Source: Candidatus Latescibacterota bacterium (GTDB lineage Bacteria; Latescibacterota; UBA2968; SICM01). Taken from it: a DNA stretch of 64,000 nucleotides. The translations under genes were made by a program, and so were the position numbers. The stretch spans positions 1,664,001 to 1,728,000 of the forward strand of contig CBDCJO010000002.1 in NCBI GenBank assembly GCA_965217865.1, in the 5' to 3' direction. The number at the start of each line of letters is the position of its first letter. Position 1 is the first letter of the stretch. A model generated the notes under the pieces. The model did no database searches and had not been told where the DNA came from. It saw nothing but the letters and a program-made list of their open reading frames with translations. Shown piece by piece: positions 63,944 through 64,000 of this stretch.

Positions 63944-64000
63944 ATGGAAAAGATTCGAATCGGTGTGGTGGGATCCGGTGGGATGGCTGCAAGCAGGATG
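63944..64000 (+). CDS. Probable Gfo/Idh/MocA oxidoreductase, partial (N-terminus only)
   Basis: MEKIRIGVVGSGGMA Rossmann start after SD; only 19 codons visible. Confidence 0.55.
   Translation, partial: MEKIRIGVVGSGGMAASRM

Overview
Bacterial chromosomal window, about 58-60% GC by eye, mostly + strand genes. Gene content suggests an FCB/PVC-type lineage such as Latescibacterota; this is a tentative inference. Left to right: a partial ABC exporter (- strand, missed by the ORF track), tilS-ftsH-folP, an ArgR-controlled argR-C-B-D-G cluster with tandem ARG boxes, a frameshifted enolase-superfamily gene, CIRCE-groES-groEL, esterase/lnt/DEAD-box helicase, an EndoQ-like nuclease plus UvrD pair, gpmI, and a complete alternative complex III plus caa3 (A2-type) oxidase operon bracketed by two inverted, internally deleted IS200/IS605-like remnants. 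These are followed by an amidohydrolase, a PhyH-family oxygenase, a GldA/F/G-like ABC system, a 12-kb candidate novel pathway, and a sugar dehydrogenase plus three aldo/keto reductases. The candidate pathway combines an EhpF/GriC-like adenylating enzyme, a GriD/LuxC-like reductase, an Fe-ADH and a HemN-like radical SAM enzyme, interleaved with four exported PQQ-like beta-propellers. The most striking non-coding signal is a set of 6-7 bp repeat families present in roughly 25 spacers. They are often nested in a recurring order, are mostly polarised to the + strand regardless of gene direction, and run through several gene ends. No rRNA, tRNA or CRISPR array was seen. All family assignments come from motif recognition, not database searches.
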